Positions 48,128 through 58,046 are shown, counted from the stretch's first letter. The stretch is DNA of 64,000 nt from a virus (IMGVR_UViG_3300047548_001372:21329-85328), one strand, 5' to 3'. Made by a program: numbers and translations. The notes: generated from the sequence alone by a model not told the origin.

Positions 48128-48892
48128 ATGACAACGATTATCCATAATGACTGTGTGCGCGGGCTACAAACGCTACCACCAAACACTGTAGACGTAATCT
48201 TTATTGATCCACCATACAACACCGGAGTAACACAGGATAAAACACCAAAATACTCACGCAATGAAGATTATGTAAAAAAGAATTGGAAAAGTTTTCATGC
48301 AGAGTGGGATGTTATCGATGATTATTATCAGTGGGCTAGAAGTTGGTTGAGTGAGAGTAAACGAGTACTAAAAGAACACGGATCAATCTTTATTTGTGGT
48401 AGTTTTCATAACATCCCAGATGTTGCAATGGCATTACGTAGTTTGAACTTTTACACTATTCAATGGATCTCTTGGTGTATTCCAAATAGTTTTCCTAATT
48501 TGTCTATGACAAAGATGGTGAGTTCTAATCAGGTTTTAATTTGGGCGCGCGCAAATAGTAAACACTTCTACGATGCAGAAGCAGCAAAGCGATACAATGA
48601 TGGTAAGAACTTGCGTGACTATTGGGTTATTCCAAACAATACTTCAGAAAATAAAGGAAAAGTCTGGTTAGATCATCCAAGCAAAAAGCCTACAGAACTG
48701 GTTCAACGAGCTATTGATATTGCATTACCAAAAGAAGACAATGTGCACGTAGTAGATTTCTTTGCTGGAAGTGGAACAACAGGTACCGTGTGCAAACGGC
48801 TATCACAGATGTATGATATTGATATTAACTGTACGTTGATTGAACGCGAAGAACAATACGTTTCATGGATTAAAGAAAGGATGCAAGCATGA
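48128..48892 (+). CDS. DNA methyltransferase (beta class)
   Basis: IDPPYN, HPSKKP, DFFAGSGTTG; start placed at MTTIIHND. Confidence 0.92.
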   Translation: MTTIIHNDCVRGLQTLPPNTVDVIFIDPPYNTGVTQDKTPKYSRNEDYVKKNWKSFHAEWDVIDDYYQWARSWLSESKRVLKEHGSIFICGSFHNIPDVAMALRSLNFYTIQWISWCIPNSFPNLSMTKMVSSNQVLIWARANSKHFYDAEAAKRYNDGKNLRDYWVIPNNTSENKGKVWLDHPSKKPTELVQRAIDIALPKEDNVHVVDFFAGSGTTGTVCKRLSQMYDIDINCTLIEREEQYVSWIKERMQA

Positions 48893-49842
48893 CAAATACA
48901 CTTACGCTTGGTATTGTTATTCCTACTGTCGGTTTACATAATGTAACACATGATTGTATTACGAGGCTTGTGGTTAATTTACTAAATCCAAAACAAACAC
49001 AGATTATTATTGTAGACAATCTTTATAATGGTCAAAATCTATCAGCACTCGAAGAAGAGCTAAAGCAGTTTGCAGAAGGTAGTTGTATTGTAAAAAATAC
49101 CAACAATCTAGGATATTGGGATAGTCTTATTGCTGGTATCAAACTGCTACACACCGATCTTGCACTATGTATGCACAACGATGTGTATATTTATGAGCAG
49201 GATTTTGATCAGCGTATTATTAATGAGTTTCTTATCAACGATAAGTTAGGTATTGCTGGTTTCTTCGGGGGTAGGGGATTGAGTATTGATGGTGGTAGGG
49301 GTCATCCTGAGAGTAACATGGTTGGTAGGTATGATGGAACACATGGTAGTCTGCACGGGGCTATTTTAAAAGAATCACATCCAGCAGTGGTGTTTGATTC
49401 TCTTGCAATGATCTTTCGGGTGAAGTATTTATTGAGTGTTGATTATACTAACTTGCCCCCGCACCATTGGTGTGATCGTCTTATTTGCTTGCGTATGATG
49501 AAAGCTGGGTTTAATCTTCTCACTATTGGTATTGAGTTTGATCATGGTGGATCATATACATCAAACGCAACATACAATGGTGAATCGTTGCTAGAGTCTT
49601 TCTCTCGTGAATGGTGTACTGGTAAAGGTTTATCGAAACTTGAAAACTGGAACCATACGCTCTATATGTACGGCCTAGATATGTTCCAGAAAGAGTATCG
49701 TGAGTTTGTTGGAAATGATCAGCCTGTTTGGGTACGAAAACACACATTTTATGACTGGAAGCATGTGTATTATCAACTGCATTGGTATCAGGATATTGTA
49801 GATGGGATGATAACTGCGGATAAGTTAGCTCGAAAGGATTAG
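48889..49842 (+). CDS. Glycosyltransferase family 2 (GT-A fold)
   Basis: IVIPT, IIIVDN, NLGY, MHNDV, HHWCD. Confidence 0.8.
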   Translation: MTNTLTLGIVIPTVGLHNVTHDCITRLVVNLLNPKQTQIIIVDNLYNGQNLSALEEELKQFAEGSCIVKNTNNLGYWDSLIAGIKLLHTDLALCMHNDVYIYEQDFDQRIINEFLINDKLGIAGFFGGRGLSIDGGRGHPESNMVGRYDGTHGSLHGAILKESHPAVVFDSLAMIFRVKYLLSVDYTNLPPHHWCDRLICLRMMKAGFNLLTIGIEFDHGGSYTSNATYNGESLLESFSREWCTGKGLSKLENWNHTLYMYGLDMFQKEYREFVGNDQPVWVRKHTFYDWKHVYYQLHWYQDIVDGMITADKLARKD

Positions 49843-49844
49843 TT

Positions 49845-50387
49845 ATGAATAGTGTAACACAGAAAAACCTACATGCTCGTAGTGTAAAGACGATTGAAGA
49901 AGCTCAAATGATGCGTGAGATTAGAAATAGTGTGCGCGAATATATGACCAGAGATACAGATGAAATTAGTCCACAACGACAGTATCAATGGTTCTATAAT
50001 AAGTATGGATCTGGTAAATACGATGCGTATTTATTTTATAACGCACGAGGTTGCTGTGTAGGTTATGGGATGCTTACATCTACTGATGGGAAGATGTGGG
50101 GAACATTAGCAGTTAAAAAAGAGTTTCAAAATCAAGGATATGGAACTGCTATTTACCAGTTTCTTATTAAAACATGCGCTGAGCTTGATGAGCAGTATAA
50201 TGATCACTTTTACAAAGGTCAAGTGTATGAGTACTTTTCAAAGCTGTACAAAAATCTCTGGATTGAGATTTATGCAGATAATGCGGAAAGTCTACGAGCA
50301 GCACAGAAGGCAGGTTTTGAAACAGTACATGTGGGGGATAAAGTAATTACACTTGTTCATAGAGGAAGGAATGTAGATGAAGCCTGA
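49845..50387 (+). CDS. GNAT acetyltransferase (PseH-like)
   Basis: IRN...R..M, AVKKEFQNQGYGT acetyl-CoA motif, N..SLRAAQKAGF. Confidence 0.85.
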   Translation: MNSVTQKNLHARSVKTIEEAQMMREIRNSVREYMTRDTDEISPQRQYQWFYNKYGSGKYDAYLFYNARGCCVGYGMLTSTDGKMWGTLAVKKEFQNQGYGTAIYQFLIKTCAELDEQYNDHFYKGQVYEYFSKLYKNLWIEIYADNAESLRAAQKAGFETVHVGDKVITLVHRGRNVDEA

Positions 50388-51471
50388 GTATACAATTCCA
50401 CTCTTCAAAGTATTTATGTCCAATCAAGCAAAGGCTAATGTACAAGATGTGCTAAACAGTGGATACATTGGTCAAGGATCATATGTAGAAAAGTTTGAAG
50501 AACTATTTGCTAATTATGTAAAGTCAGATAAACCAATTATTTCGCTTAATTCTGCTACATCTGGTTTAGTACTTGCTTGTTATATGATTGGCTTGCGTGA
50601 AGGTGATGAGGTGATTACTACACCAATTACTTGTACTGCTACACAGACTGGTATTGTAAGTAGTAAGGCTACGATTGTATGGGGTGATGTTGATCCGCGC
50701 ACAGGTTTGCTTGACGTCGATGATGTGCGGGCTAAGATGACAAAACACACCAAAGCTATCATTGCGACCAATTGGGGTGGTAGAAAGCCTAACTATGTTG
50801 AACTAAAAAAGTTAGGTGTACCAGTTATTGAAGATGCAGCCCATGGGCCATATGAAGTAACAGAGAATAGTGGTGATTACATTGTATGGTCAACACAAGC
50901 TATCAAGTTTCTTACTACTGGAGATGGTGGGATGTTGTACTGCCCAGATCCAGAACGTGCACGGTTACTACGTTGGTATGGGCTTGATCGTCGATCATCA
51001 AAAGATTTTCGCTGTGCACAGGATATTCAGGAAGCAGGGTTTAAGTACCATATGAATGATATTGCTGCTGCTATTGGATGTGGAAATATTGTGTTTTTAA
51101 AATCTTTGATGAACTCGCACAAGAGGCATGCTTATGCGTATGAAGGTTTACTAACTGTAGACAGACCACCATACGACCGAGATTGTCCATACTGGATTTA
51201 TACTATTTTCTGTAAAAATCCTACGTTGTTAAGTGAACAACTAAAGAATTTTGGTATTGATTCTAGTCCAGTGCATGCGAGGAATGATAAACATACCGCT
51301 TTTCGTCACAGTGCGAAATACAGTGATAATCCTGGTGTATTGGAATATGACAGTAAGCAATTAAATATCCCTGTTGGTTGGTGGCTAGACAGGGATGATC
51401 TAGGAATTGTAGACGAACTCGCATACATTGCTGATACGGTAAATGTACTAGTCGAAAGGATGGGTTTATGA
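50377..51471 (+). CDS. DegT/DnrJ/EryC1/StrS PLP-dependent sugar aminotransferase
   Basis: NSATSGL, GDEVITTP, IEDAAH, STQAIKFLTTGDGG, GFKYHMNDIAAAIG. Confidence 0.95.
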   Translation: MKPEYTIPLFKVFMSNQAKANVQDVLNSGYIGQGSYVEKFEELFANYVKSDKPIISLNSATSGLVLACYMIGLREGDEVITTPITCTATQTGIVSSKATIVWGDVDPRTGLLDVDDVRAKMTKHTKAIIATNWGGRKPNYVELKKLGVPVIEDAAHGPYEVTENSGDYIVWSTQAIKFLTTGDGGMLYCPDPERARLLRWYGLDRRSSKDFRCAQDIQEAGFKYHMNDIAAAIGCGNIVFLKSLMNSHKRHAYAYEGLLTVDRPPYDRDCPYWIYTIFCKNPTLLSEQLKNFGIDSSPVHARNDKHTAFRHSAKYSDNPGVLEYDSKQLNIPVGWWLDRDDLGIVDELAYIADTVNVLVERMGL

Positions 51472-52226
51472 AAAAATCAGTACTATTTGCAGTACCTACA
51501 TACAAGAAACTTCAGATGTGCGTGGATCTTGTACAATCAGTTCCAGACGAAACAGATATTGCTATCTACAATCGGTTAATTATTGATAACAGTGGTGGTG
51601 AGGTAAAACGCCAATTTCCTGATCTTGAGTCACGCTGCATGATTGCTACCCCAGTACATAATATTGGTGTTGCGCGATCATTTAATCTTGCTCTCCATAT
51701 TGCAAGCGTGTATGAGTATGATTATGTGATTATCAGTAATGACGATCTTGTGTTACGCCCAGATACGCTTGATACGCTTGTAGCAGCAGCAATTGAGCAT
51801 GATAATGATTACAAAAAGCTTATCTTTTGTACTAGTGGTGGTGGGTTAAATGCGTTTTCTCTTTTTCTTGCACCCCCCACAGAATTGATTAAGCGTATTG
51901 GTTTCTTTGAGGTAGCGTATTTTAGCTATCTTGAGGACAATGATATGCATTATCGATTAAAGCTCTACGGAACTGATCTCGTGCGTGTACCTGGATGTGA
52001 TGTAGAATCACATGAGATTAGCGCTACTATCAAAGAGTTCGTTGGTGCAGAAGTTGAACACTTCCACAGATATCGTGCAAAGGGTACACATGAATATCTA
52101 CGTAAGTGGGGTGGTGGCCCACATGCAGAGGTCTATCAGACACCATATGACAGTGGACTTGACAGCACAACCTGGCATCGTGTATACTATTGTAAGGAAG
52201 ATCCTATCAACCTTCCTGATTACTAA
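51468..52226 (+). CDS. Glycosyltransferase family 2
   Basis: AVPTY, LIIDN, NIGVARSFN, ISNDD, IGFFE...YLEDND, YLRKWGG. Confidence 0.85.
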   Translation: MKKSVLFAVPTYKKLQMCVDLVQSVPDETDIAIYNRLIIDNSGGEVKRQFPDLESRCMIATPVHNIGVARSFNLALHIASVYEYDYVIISNDDLVLRPDTLDTLVAAAIEHDNDYKKLIFCTSGGGLNAFSLFLAPPTELIKRIGFFEVAYFSYLEDNDMHYRLKLYGTDLVRVPGCDVESHEISATIKEFVGAEVEHFHRYRAKGTHEYLRKWGGGPHAEVYQTPYDSGLDSTTWHRVYYCKEDPINLPDY

Positions 52227-52235
52227 GAGGTATTT

Positions 52236-52556
52236 ATGAAAAACTCACGTGGTGCTACTATCAATCGACTTATTGTATCAGAGGCAGCATTGGTAACTGA
52301 TAAAGTTCTAGTCACTGCGGTTACTGGGAAAAAAATCTACATTCACCAAATGTATCTTGACACAGCAATTAACAACAACACAGTTACTTTCAAGTCTGGA
52401 GCTACTGCTATTAGTCCTGATTTTTATTTTGCTAGTAAAGGAGACATTCTAGTGCTTCCGTTGGCTGATGAAGTTGGTTGGTTTGTTGCAGATGGTAATC
52501 TCACGATTACATCGTTAGGTGGTTTTACTGGTTTCATTATGTATACGCAGGAATAG
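52236..52556 (+). CDS. Hypothetical beta-rich protein (possible virion protein)
   Basis: 106 aa, LVTAVTGKKIYI, GAGG RBS. Confidence 0.65.
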   Translation: MKNSRGATINRLIVSEAALVTDKVLVTAVTGKKIYIHQMYLDTAINNNTVTFKSGATAISPDFYFASKGDILVLPLADEVGWFVADGNLTITSLGGFTGFIMYTQE

Positions 52557-52584
52557 TGTGCGCGCACACAAAAAAGGAGCTTGT

Positions 52585-53157
52585 ATGATTGACCCCACAT
52601 ACAAAAAGCAGGTAGAGGATATTATTAATTCAGATCGATTTTACACATGGGTTCAGGTTGTTGAATATATCAACTTTAAACCAAATGGAGTACTATTTTC
52701 TAGCTTTGAGCAACATTTCGATCATTCACAGTACGCTAATTGGAATAATGGGATGGATGGTACAAGCTATATGGATAAATCCGAGGCTCGTACACAGTGG
52801 ATGTTTATGCTTGCACTTGAAGCATTTGCGTTCTGTAGTAAAGCATTTGAGACAAAAGAAGATCTTATCCGCTATACCCTTGAAATGCACAGCGCAAAAA
52901 ACAGTGATTATGGAAATCAAGCAAATCCATGGACAAACATTTTTGCATGTGAGCGTGTGATGGGACTACCCGCAGAGGTGGGTATTATGGTGCGACTACT
53001 TGATAAAGTAAGCCGATATCGTCAGCTGATGCAGAAGAACTACACACCGCGAGTAGAAGAGTCTGTTCTAGACACCGTATTTGATATTGCATCGTACGCA
53101 TGTATGTTCCTTTGTATTGAGCAGTTACTAGAATCAGAACGTGCTGAGCTAGGGTAA
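52585..53157 (+). CDS. DUF1599 / nucleotide-modification-associated domain protein
   Basis: KNSDYG...N......GIMVRLLDKVSR...ESVLDTVFDIASYA; start placed at MIDPTY (AAGGAG RBS). Confidence 0.75.
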   Translation: MIDPTYKKQVEDIINSDRFYTWVQVVEYINFKPNGVLFSSFEQHFDHSQYANWNNGMDGTSYMDKSEARTQWMFMLALEAFAFCSKAFETKEDLIRYTLEMHSAKNSDYGNQANPWTNIFACERVMGLPAEVGIMVRLLDKVSRYRQLMQKNYTPRVEESVLDTVFDIASYACMFLCIEQLLESERAELG

Positions 53158-53178
53158 TACAGAGTTACTATTGGGGTA

Positions 53179-53207
53179 TTGACAAAGTTTGAGAAGTATG
53201 CTATACT
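53179..53207 (+). promoter_or_regulatory. Sigma70/SigA promoter
   Basis: TTGACA-17 nt-TATACT with extended TG; -10 lies inside a 13-bp-arm inverted repeat (53200-53231). Confidence 0.85.
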
Positions 53208-53258
53208 GTTACCGTGATGTAACAGTATAGCCTACACGGTAGGTAGAAAGTAGTAAGT

Positions 53259-53471
53259 GTGGCAAAGCATCGAACATTAAAAGAAGAGACAGAGTTTACT
53301 GTAGGTAGTAAGGTGCGGGTTGTTGATAAAAATAATGAACATTATCAACAAACAGGAGAAATTGTACGTCTAGGATCTGCTGGTGAGGTATTGTATATTA
53401 TGGTGTTGTTTGTTGATTATATTACGCCGCGCACATTTGTACATCAGCAGATAGAGTTAGAAAGGGTGTAA
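53259..53471 (+). CDS. Small SH3/KOW-like protein
   Basis: FTVGSKVRV...TGEIV...VLF pattern. Confidence 0.6.
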   Translation: MAKHRTLKEETEFTVGSKVRVVDKNNEHYQQTGEIVRLGSAGEVLYIMVLFVDYITPRTFVHQQIELERV

Positions 53472-53472
53472 T

Positions 53473-54036
53473 ATGAATTATTATGGTGTTCGCACTATTG
53501 ATCTTGCCCACTCAGTAACAAGGTTTTTTAATCTACACTACACACTACCTGACGAAGAGGTGAAGGCTGTAAGCACAGTAAATCACCTACAGGCTCTATG
53601 GGAGCGTAAGCGTGGGGGTTGGCTTCGGATCAAGCACGACGTGCTATCATACACAGCACGATCAGGGTTTCTGAGCTTTGTAGTTACTCCAAGTGAGTTT
53701 ACTATCAAGCTCTATAAAATACCATACTTTCCACAACCAAAAGGGGCATTACCTATTGTACATATCACCTACTATGCTCCTACATACGCTCAAGGACGTA
53801 CCACAAGCACAAGAAGTGTTTCTGTGTACATTGATAAATCACTCGATCTTTTATCACATAATCTAGTAAGTGTTGCTCCTCTTTATACTATTGATAATCC
53901 GTTAGGTTTTAATGGTTTTCTGGAAAACCTTTTAGAAGAAACATCTGATGGAATTATTCGTACAGATTGGATAACGAGGAGTGCTGCGCGGGATCTTTTA
54001 TACGCTATGCGCGCATATCGACAGTATAGGGGGTAA
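53473..54036 (+). CDS. Hypothetical protein
   Basis: 187-aa ORF in the operon. Confidence 0.65.
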   Translation: MNYYGVRTIDLAHSVTRFFNLHYTLPDEEVKAVSTVNHLQALWERKRGGWLRIKHDVLSYTARSGFLSFVVTPSEFTIKLYKIPYFPQPKGALPIVHITYYAPTYAQGRTTSTRSVSVYIDKSLDLLSHNLVSVAPLYTIDNPLGFNGFLENLLEETSDGIIRTDWITRSAARDLLYAMRAYRQYRG

Positions 54037-54038
54037 TT

Positions 54039-54803
54039 ATGTTCTTTGGGCCAATTGTAACTAACATGGGTAGTAGGGCTTCATTTATTGATACGCTTGC
54101 ACGATGGGATAAGCAGAACTTTACCAGTGTGAAGGTGATTACTGGATGGGGGCTGTCTGGTGGTTGGAGTTCTAATGATCGCGCACAAATCCTTTCGCTT
54201 ACACCTAATCCTATTGTGCGTACCGTAGCTGGAGATCCTTCGTCACGTCGCCATCCTCTGCCCCATCCTGGTATCATCATCGATGAGCTACGACCTTGGC
54301 TTGACATGAAGTTCAATCTTATGGTAGAATTAGGTAATGAGCCAAACATCAAGCCTGTCGAAGATCGCTTTATCTGGGAGTATCGCTATTTTCTGGATCA
54401 GAGCATCGATCTTGTGCGGCGAATGTATCCACACGCACACATCATAGCACCAGCGTTCATTGTAAACAACACCACACAGCGATGGTTTGATGTTTGTAAA
54501 GATGTGCTTGAAAAATGTGATAGCGTAGGTATTCATGCCTATGAGCATATGAGTTTTCTGTCAACAAAGGATATTCCTCGTACAAACCAATTAGCTACGC
54601 TAAATACAATGTATGAAGGAATTAAAAAGCCTAAAGTTATGACAGAGTATGGTATTAACGATCCAAAAGTATCAAAAGTGGTAAAATTATCTGAGTATCG
54701 GCAAATGCTACCTATACTCAAGACTATGGGATATATTGGAGCTACGTTTTATCACGTCAATGTAAAAGAGGATATTGATCCACAATATCACATTCCAGTA
54801 TAG
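54039..54803 (+). CDS. Glycoside hydrolase, clan GH-A-like
   Basis: VELGNEPN (acid/base), GIHAY, VMTEYG (nucleophile). Confidence 0.75.
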   Translation: MFFGPIVTNMGSRASFIDTLARWDKQNFTSVKVITGWGLSGGWSSNDRAQILSLTPNPIVRTVAGDPSSRRHPLPHPGIIIDELRPWLDMKFNLMVELGNEPNIKPVEDRFIWEYRYFLDQSIDLVRRMYPHAHIIAPAFIVNNTTQRWFDVCKDVLEKCDSVGIHAYEHMSFLSTKDIPRTNQLATLNTMYEGIKKPKVMTEYGINDPKVSKVVKLSEYRQMLPILKTMGYIGATFYHVNVKEDIDPQYHIPV

Positions 54804-54829
54804 TGTAGTATAGTAGAAAGGATGTTCGT

Positions 54830-55039
54830 ATGCCAAACCCAGTATATATCGTGCAAGTACGGTTTACTAGCCCACAAAAAGCGGAGATGTTTGCACGATG
54901 GATGTCACAGCATGCAATTCACGATTATGCACAATACTCGCAAATGATGGGCACGGATACTGGAGTTTCGATGTTTGTGCGCGAACGACAAGATAAAGAT
55001 CTCCCACATATTACAACCGTTAATGCAATGGGAGCTTAG
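54830..55039 (+). CDS. Hypothetical protein
   Basis: 69 aa, AAAGGA RBS. Confidence 0.6.
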   Translation: MPNPVYIVQVRFTSPQKAEMFARWMSQHAIHDYAQYSQMMGTDTGVSMFVRERQDKDLPHITTVNAMGA

Positions 55040-55054
55040 TAGAAAGGATACGTT

Positions 55055-55288
55055 ATGTATACTACTGCTTTTGATAAGCTACTCCACCTGTACGAAATTG
55101 CACAAGAATCTGAAAATCCAGCAGATGCGCAGCGCATTTTTAATCTTGTACGACCTATTGCAGAGCGTATGATTTATGAGCTGCTAGAAGTTTCCCTTGT
55201 TGCACGAAATCTTGTTGATGGTAAGCGTGATGTAACTACAGAGGATCTTATTTCTGCTGTACATCATGCTCGTAATGTAATAGTGTAG
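55055..55288 (+). CDS. Hypothetical protein
   Basis: 77 aa, AAAGGA RBS. Confidence 0.65.
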   Translation: MYTTAFDKLLHLYEIAQESENPADAQRIFNLVRPIAERMIYELLEVSLVARNLVDGKRDVTTEDLISAVHHARNVIV

Positions 55289-55316
55289 TTAGAAGTACAG
55301 TTAGAAAGGCGCTCAC

Positions 55317-55763
55317 ATGAACGCACCACGAGCAGATAAAGGAGCTTCGCTTACTAAAATTGTAGCAATTGTTGTGTGGCTCTTCGGAACAATTATGACG
55401 TTCAACTTCATGAACCAGACAACTTCTGGATCATGGGAGTTCATCCAGCTTGCTGCAATATCATTCGGTATTCAACTAGTGCTTACCTTGGGACAAAGTC
55501 CAATTTGGACTGGATCAACAAAAACCTGGCAGATCAGCGCAATGAGCCTCTTTTGTCTTGTCAGCGATGTACTTATTAATTTCGGCGGTGCATTATCAGT
55601 GATGGCGCAGGTTGATGCCTCTGGAAGTATTCAGGCATTTTCCAGCACATTCTTTGGGACATCAGCTGATTTCCCAATGTGGGTCAAAGGGATGCTCGCA
55701 CTTATTGTCAGTATTGCTATTGCAGGACTTCCAGAATATCTCTGGCGTCTGGATATGAAGTAG
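55317..55763 (+). CDS. Membrane protein (about 4 TM helices)
   Basis: Four hydrophobic segments, ends AIAGLPEYLW. Confidence 0.75.
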   Translation: MNAPRADKGASLTKIVAIVVWLFGTIMTFNFMNQTTSGSWEFIQLAAISFGIQLVLTLGQSPIWTGSTKTWQISAMSLFCLVSDVLINFGGALSVMAQVDASGSIQAFSSTFFGTSADFPMWVKGMLALIVSIAIAGLPEYLWRLDMK

Positions 55764-55772
55764 GAGGATGTT

Positions 55773-56330
55773 ATGGGGTATGATCACTGGATGACGCCAC
55801 CGGATGAACTAGAGCTTGCTCGGAGTGTCATGGGTAGCATTACGTTAGATCCTGCAAGCAGCACGGTAGCACAGCAGTATGTACGAGCAGATCAATACGC
55901 TGTGCTGCCAGAAGACTATGATGGAAGTCCAGGGCAGGTTGTCGATGGGTTACAGATCGCTTGGTATGGTAATGTTTGGCTTAATCCTCCATACAGTAAA
56001 CCAGTAGCAGACTTTGCAAAGAAAGCAGCAAAGGAGCTACCAAACGTTACCAGTATGATGATCCTCGTTAATTCACAAACTGATGCAGCGTGGTATCATT
56101 TACTAATGGAGAAGATGGACTATCTATGCCTCTATCGAGGCAGGATTAAATTCTGGAAGGTATTTGATGGGGCTACACATCAGCGCTGGATTAGTACTAC
56201 TACCAGTAAAATGACAAACAGCCCTAGATATACCAATAGTGTATTCTTCCACAGCAAGGATGATGCAACACTGAAGAGATTTGCGCAGGTATATGCAAAG
56301 AAGGGTAAAGTCTTGATGCCTTTATATTAG
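55773..56330 (+). CDS. Phage Dam-like N6-adenine methyltransferase
   Basis: WMTP, LDPAS, DGL..W.GNVWLNPPYS, TDAAWYH, GRIKF. Confidence 0.88.
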   Translation: MGYDHWMTPPDELELARSVMGSITLDPASSTVAQQYVRADQYAVLPEDYDGSPGQVVDGLQIAWYGNVWLNPPYSKPVADFAKKAAKELPNVTSMMILVNSQTDAAWYHLLMEKMDYLCLYRGRIKFWKVFDGATHQRWISTTTSKMTNSPRYTNSVFFHSKDDATLKRFAQVYAKKGKVLMPLY

Positions 56331-56400
56331 CTTACCAGGAAGCAAAGCGATGTGCGCGGTATTATACTCGCCGCGCACACCACAGAAAGGAAGAAAGAGG

Positions 56401-56592
56401 ATGCGAACACACTACATTGTACGAGATCTGCGTAGGTCGAATGAGCGATTAGGTATGGTTACAAACGCGAAAATCTTACTTGGGGAAGTACAATACAAAG
56501 TACTTTGGGATGATAACAAGAGTGAGTGGGTTGCAGCAAAGCACATTATTGACGATGACGATGAGCAGCAGGGAAACCTAGAAAGCAGGTAA
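56401..56592 (+). CDS. Small Tudor/SH3-like protein
   Basis: Start placed at MRTHY; QYKVLWDDNKSEWV. Confidence 0.55.
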   Translation: MRTHYIVRDLRRSNERLGMVTNAKILLGEVQYKVLWDDNKSEWVAAKHIIDDDDEQQGNLESR

Positions 56593-56593
56593 T

Positions 56594-57277
56594 ATGGTAA
56601 AGTATGTAGACTGTGCTGGTGTGCGCGAGATGGTATATATCTCAAAAAACGACATCCATCCAGCAATGGAAGAAGCAATTAACCAATACTATAATCAACC
56701 AGTAGCAGTAGGAGTAGATATTGAAACCACAGGATTAGATCCTCGCAACGATCGCATTTGTACCATTCAGGTTTCATTACGGTATGTGGGAACAAACGTT
56801 ATCCAACTAGATCCAGGAGCATTTCCAAAAAACCTGATAAACTATCTGACCGATAGTAATGTACACAAGATCTTTCACTACGCGATGTTTGATGTGGGCT
56901 TTCTTTTGTATACCTATAAACATATGCTTCGCAGTGTTAAATGCACGCGCACAGCAGCATCTATTGTTGATCCTACACGACAGAAGTTCTTTTACCGTGG
57001 AAAACCTAGCCTCAGCCTTGCAGCGCTGGTAGATCACTATTTTCAAGATACATTAGATAAAAAGCTCGCAGTAAGTGACTGGTCTACTCCCGATCTTACG
57101 GAAGAACAGCTTGCATATGCTGCAAAAGATTCATACTATCTCACGGATCTCTACTATCGATTGACAGAAGAGATGAATGATTTTGAGTATGACATGTATC
57201 TTGCTGCTTGTGAATGGCTTCCTTATAAGGTGTATGCGTTACAGAACTTTCAACCAGATCACTTTAGTCGTGATTAG
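56594..57277 (+). CDS. Stand-alone DEDDy 3'-5' exonuclease (RNase D-like)
   Basis: GVDIETTGLDP, KIFHYAMFD, SDWS..LTEEQLAYAAKD. Confidence 0.9.
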   Translation: MVKYVDCAGVREMVYISKNDIHPAMEEAINQYYNQPVAVGVDIETTGLDPRNDRICTIQVSLRYVGTNVIQLDPGAFPKNLINYLTDSNVHKIFHYAMFDVGFLLYTYKHMLRSVKCTRTAASIVDPTRQKFFYRGKPSLSLAALVDHYFQDTLDKKLAVSDWSTPDLTEEQLAYAAKDSYYLTDLYYRLTEEMNDFEYDMYLAACEWLPYKVYALQNFQPDHFSRD

Positions 57278-57312
57278 ATAACCGTGATTACTGTGTGCGC
57301 GGAGGGAGTATT

Positions 57313-57840
57313 ATGTCAACACGAAATATCAACATTAACAGTGGAGATTCAAGTGATAATCCAAAACTATCTCTCCGCAAACCTGAACTAGGTACTACTG
57401 CGATAACTGCTATTGTGGTTATCGCAGTAGCCGCGCTTGCGTATCTGGTTGCATGGTTTCTCGCGGTGAATATCACGAACTTCTACTGTTGGTCAAAGGG
57501 GCAAACTACCTGTATCGCTAGTGATATTATTCACTATCTTTTTATTCTTGGTGTTATTGGTGGTTTTATTGGTATTGGTGCGTATGCAGTGGAGATTATT
57601 CGCAATACAAAGTATCTTTACTTTCGTGGGGTGTTTTTGGATCGTAAGTCTATTGAGGAGCATGCGCAGTCGTTAATTGGTGTTATTAACACGAGCGCAC
57701 GCAGTGAAGCTACGTATGGGCTTGATACACTGAGTAAGAGCGTAGAGGTAGTTGGTGGGAAAAGAGCAGAGGATGAAATAGACTCTATTCTTGCTACAGG
57801 ATCAGTACTGGATGATATTGGACGTGCGCGGAAGAAGTAA
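57313..57840 (+). CDS. Membrane protein (2 TM helices)
   Basis: Two hydrophobic helices flanking a C-x7-C loop; GGAGGGAG RBS. Confidence 0.75.
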   Translation: MSTRNININSGDSSDNPKLSLRKPELGTTAITAIVVIAVAALAYLVAWFLAVNITNFYCWSKGQTTCIASDIIHYLFILGVIGGFIGIGAYAVEIIRNTKYLYFRGVFLDRKSIEEHAQSLIGVINTSARSEATYGLDTLSKSVEVVGGKRAEDEIDSILATGSVLDDIGRARKK

Positions 57841-57854
57841 AGAAAGGATATCTT

Positions 57855-58046
57855 ATGCCAGATCTTACATCAACACCCATCGAGAAGCTAGACATTGTAT
57901 TTGAATGTTATGCTACACGTGAATCAAAATATTACTGTAGCTGTAAACTTACATGGGAAAATATCACATGTATTGCGTATTCCACAGAGAGTTACTTTGA
58001 TGCACTGAAACAAGCATTCGATCAGCTTTCTCAGTTGCGTCGATAG
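57855..58046 (+). CDS. Hypothetical protein
   Basis: 63 aa, AAAGGA RBS. Confidence 0.6.
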   Translation: MPDLTSTPIEKLDIVFECYATRESKYYCSCKLTWENITCIAYSTESYFDALKQAFDQLSQLRR

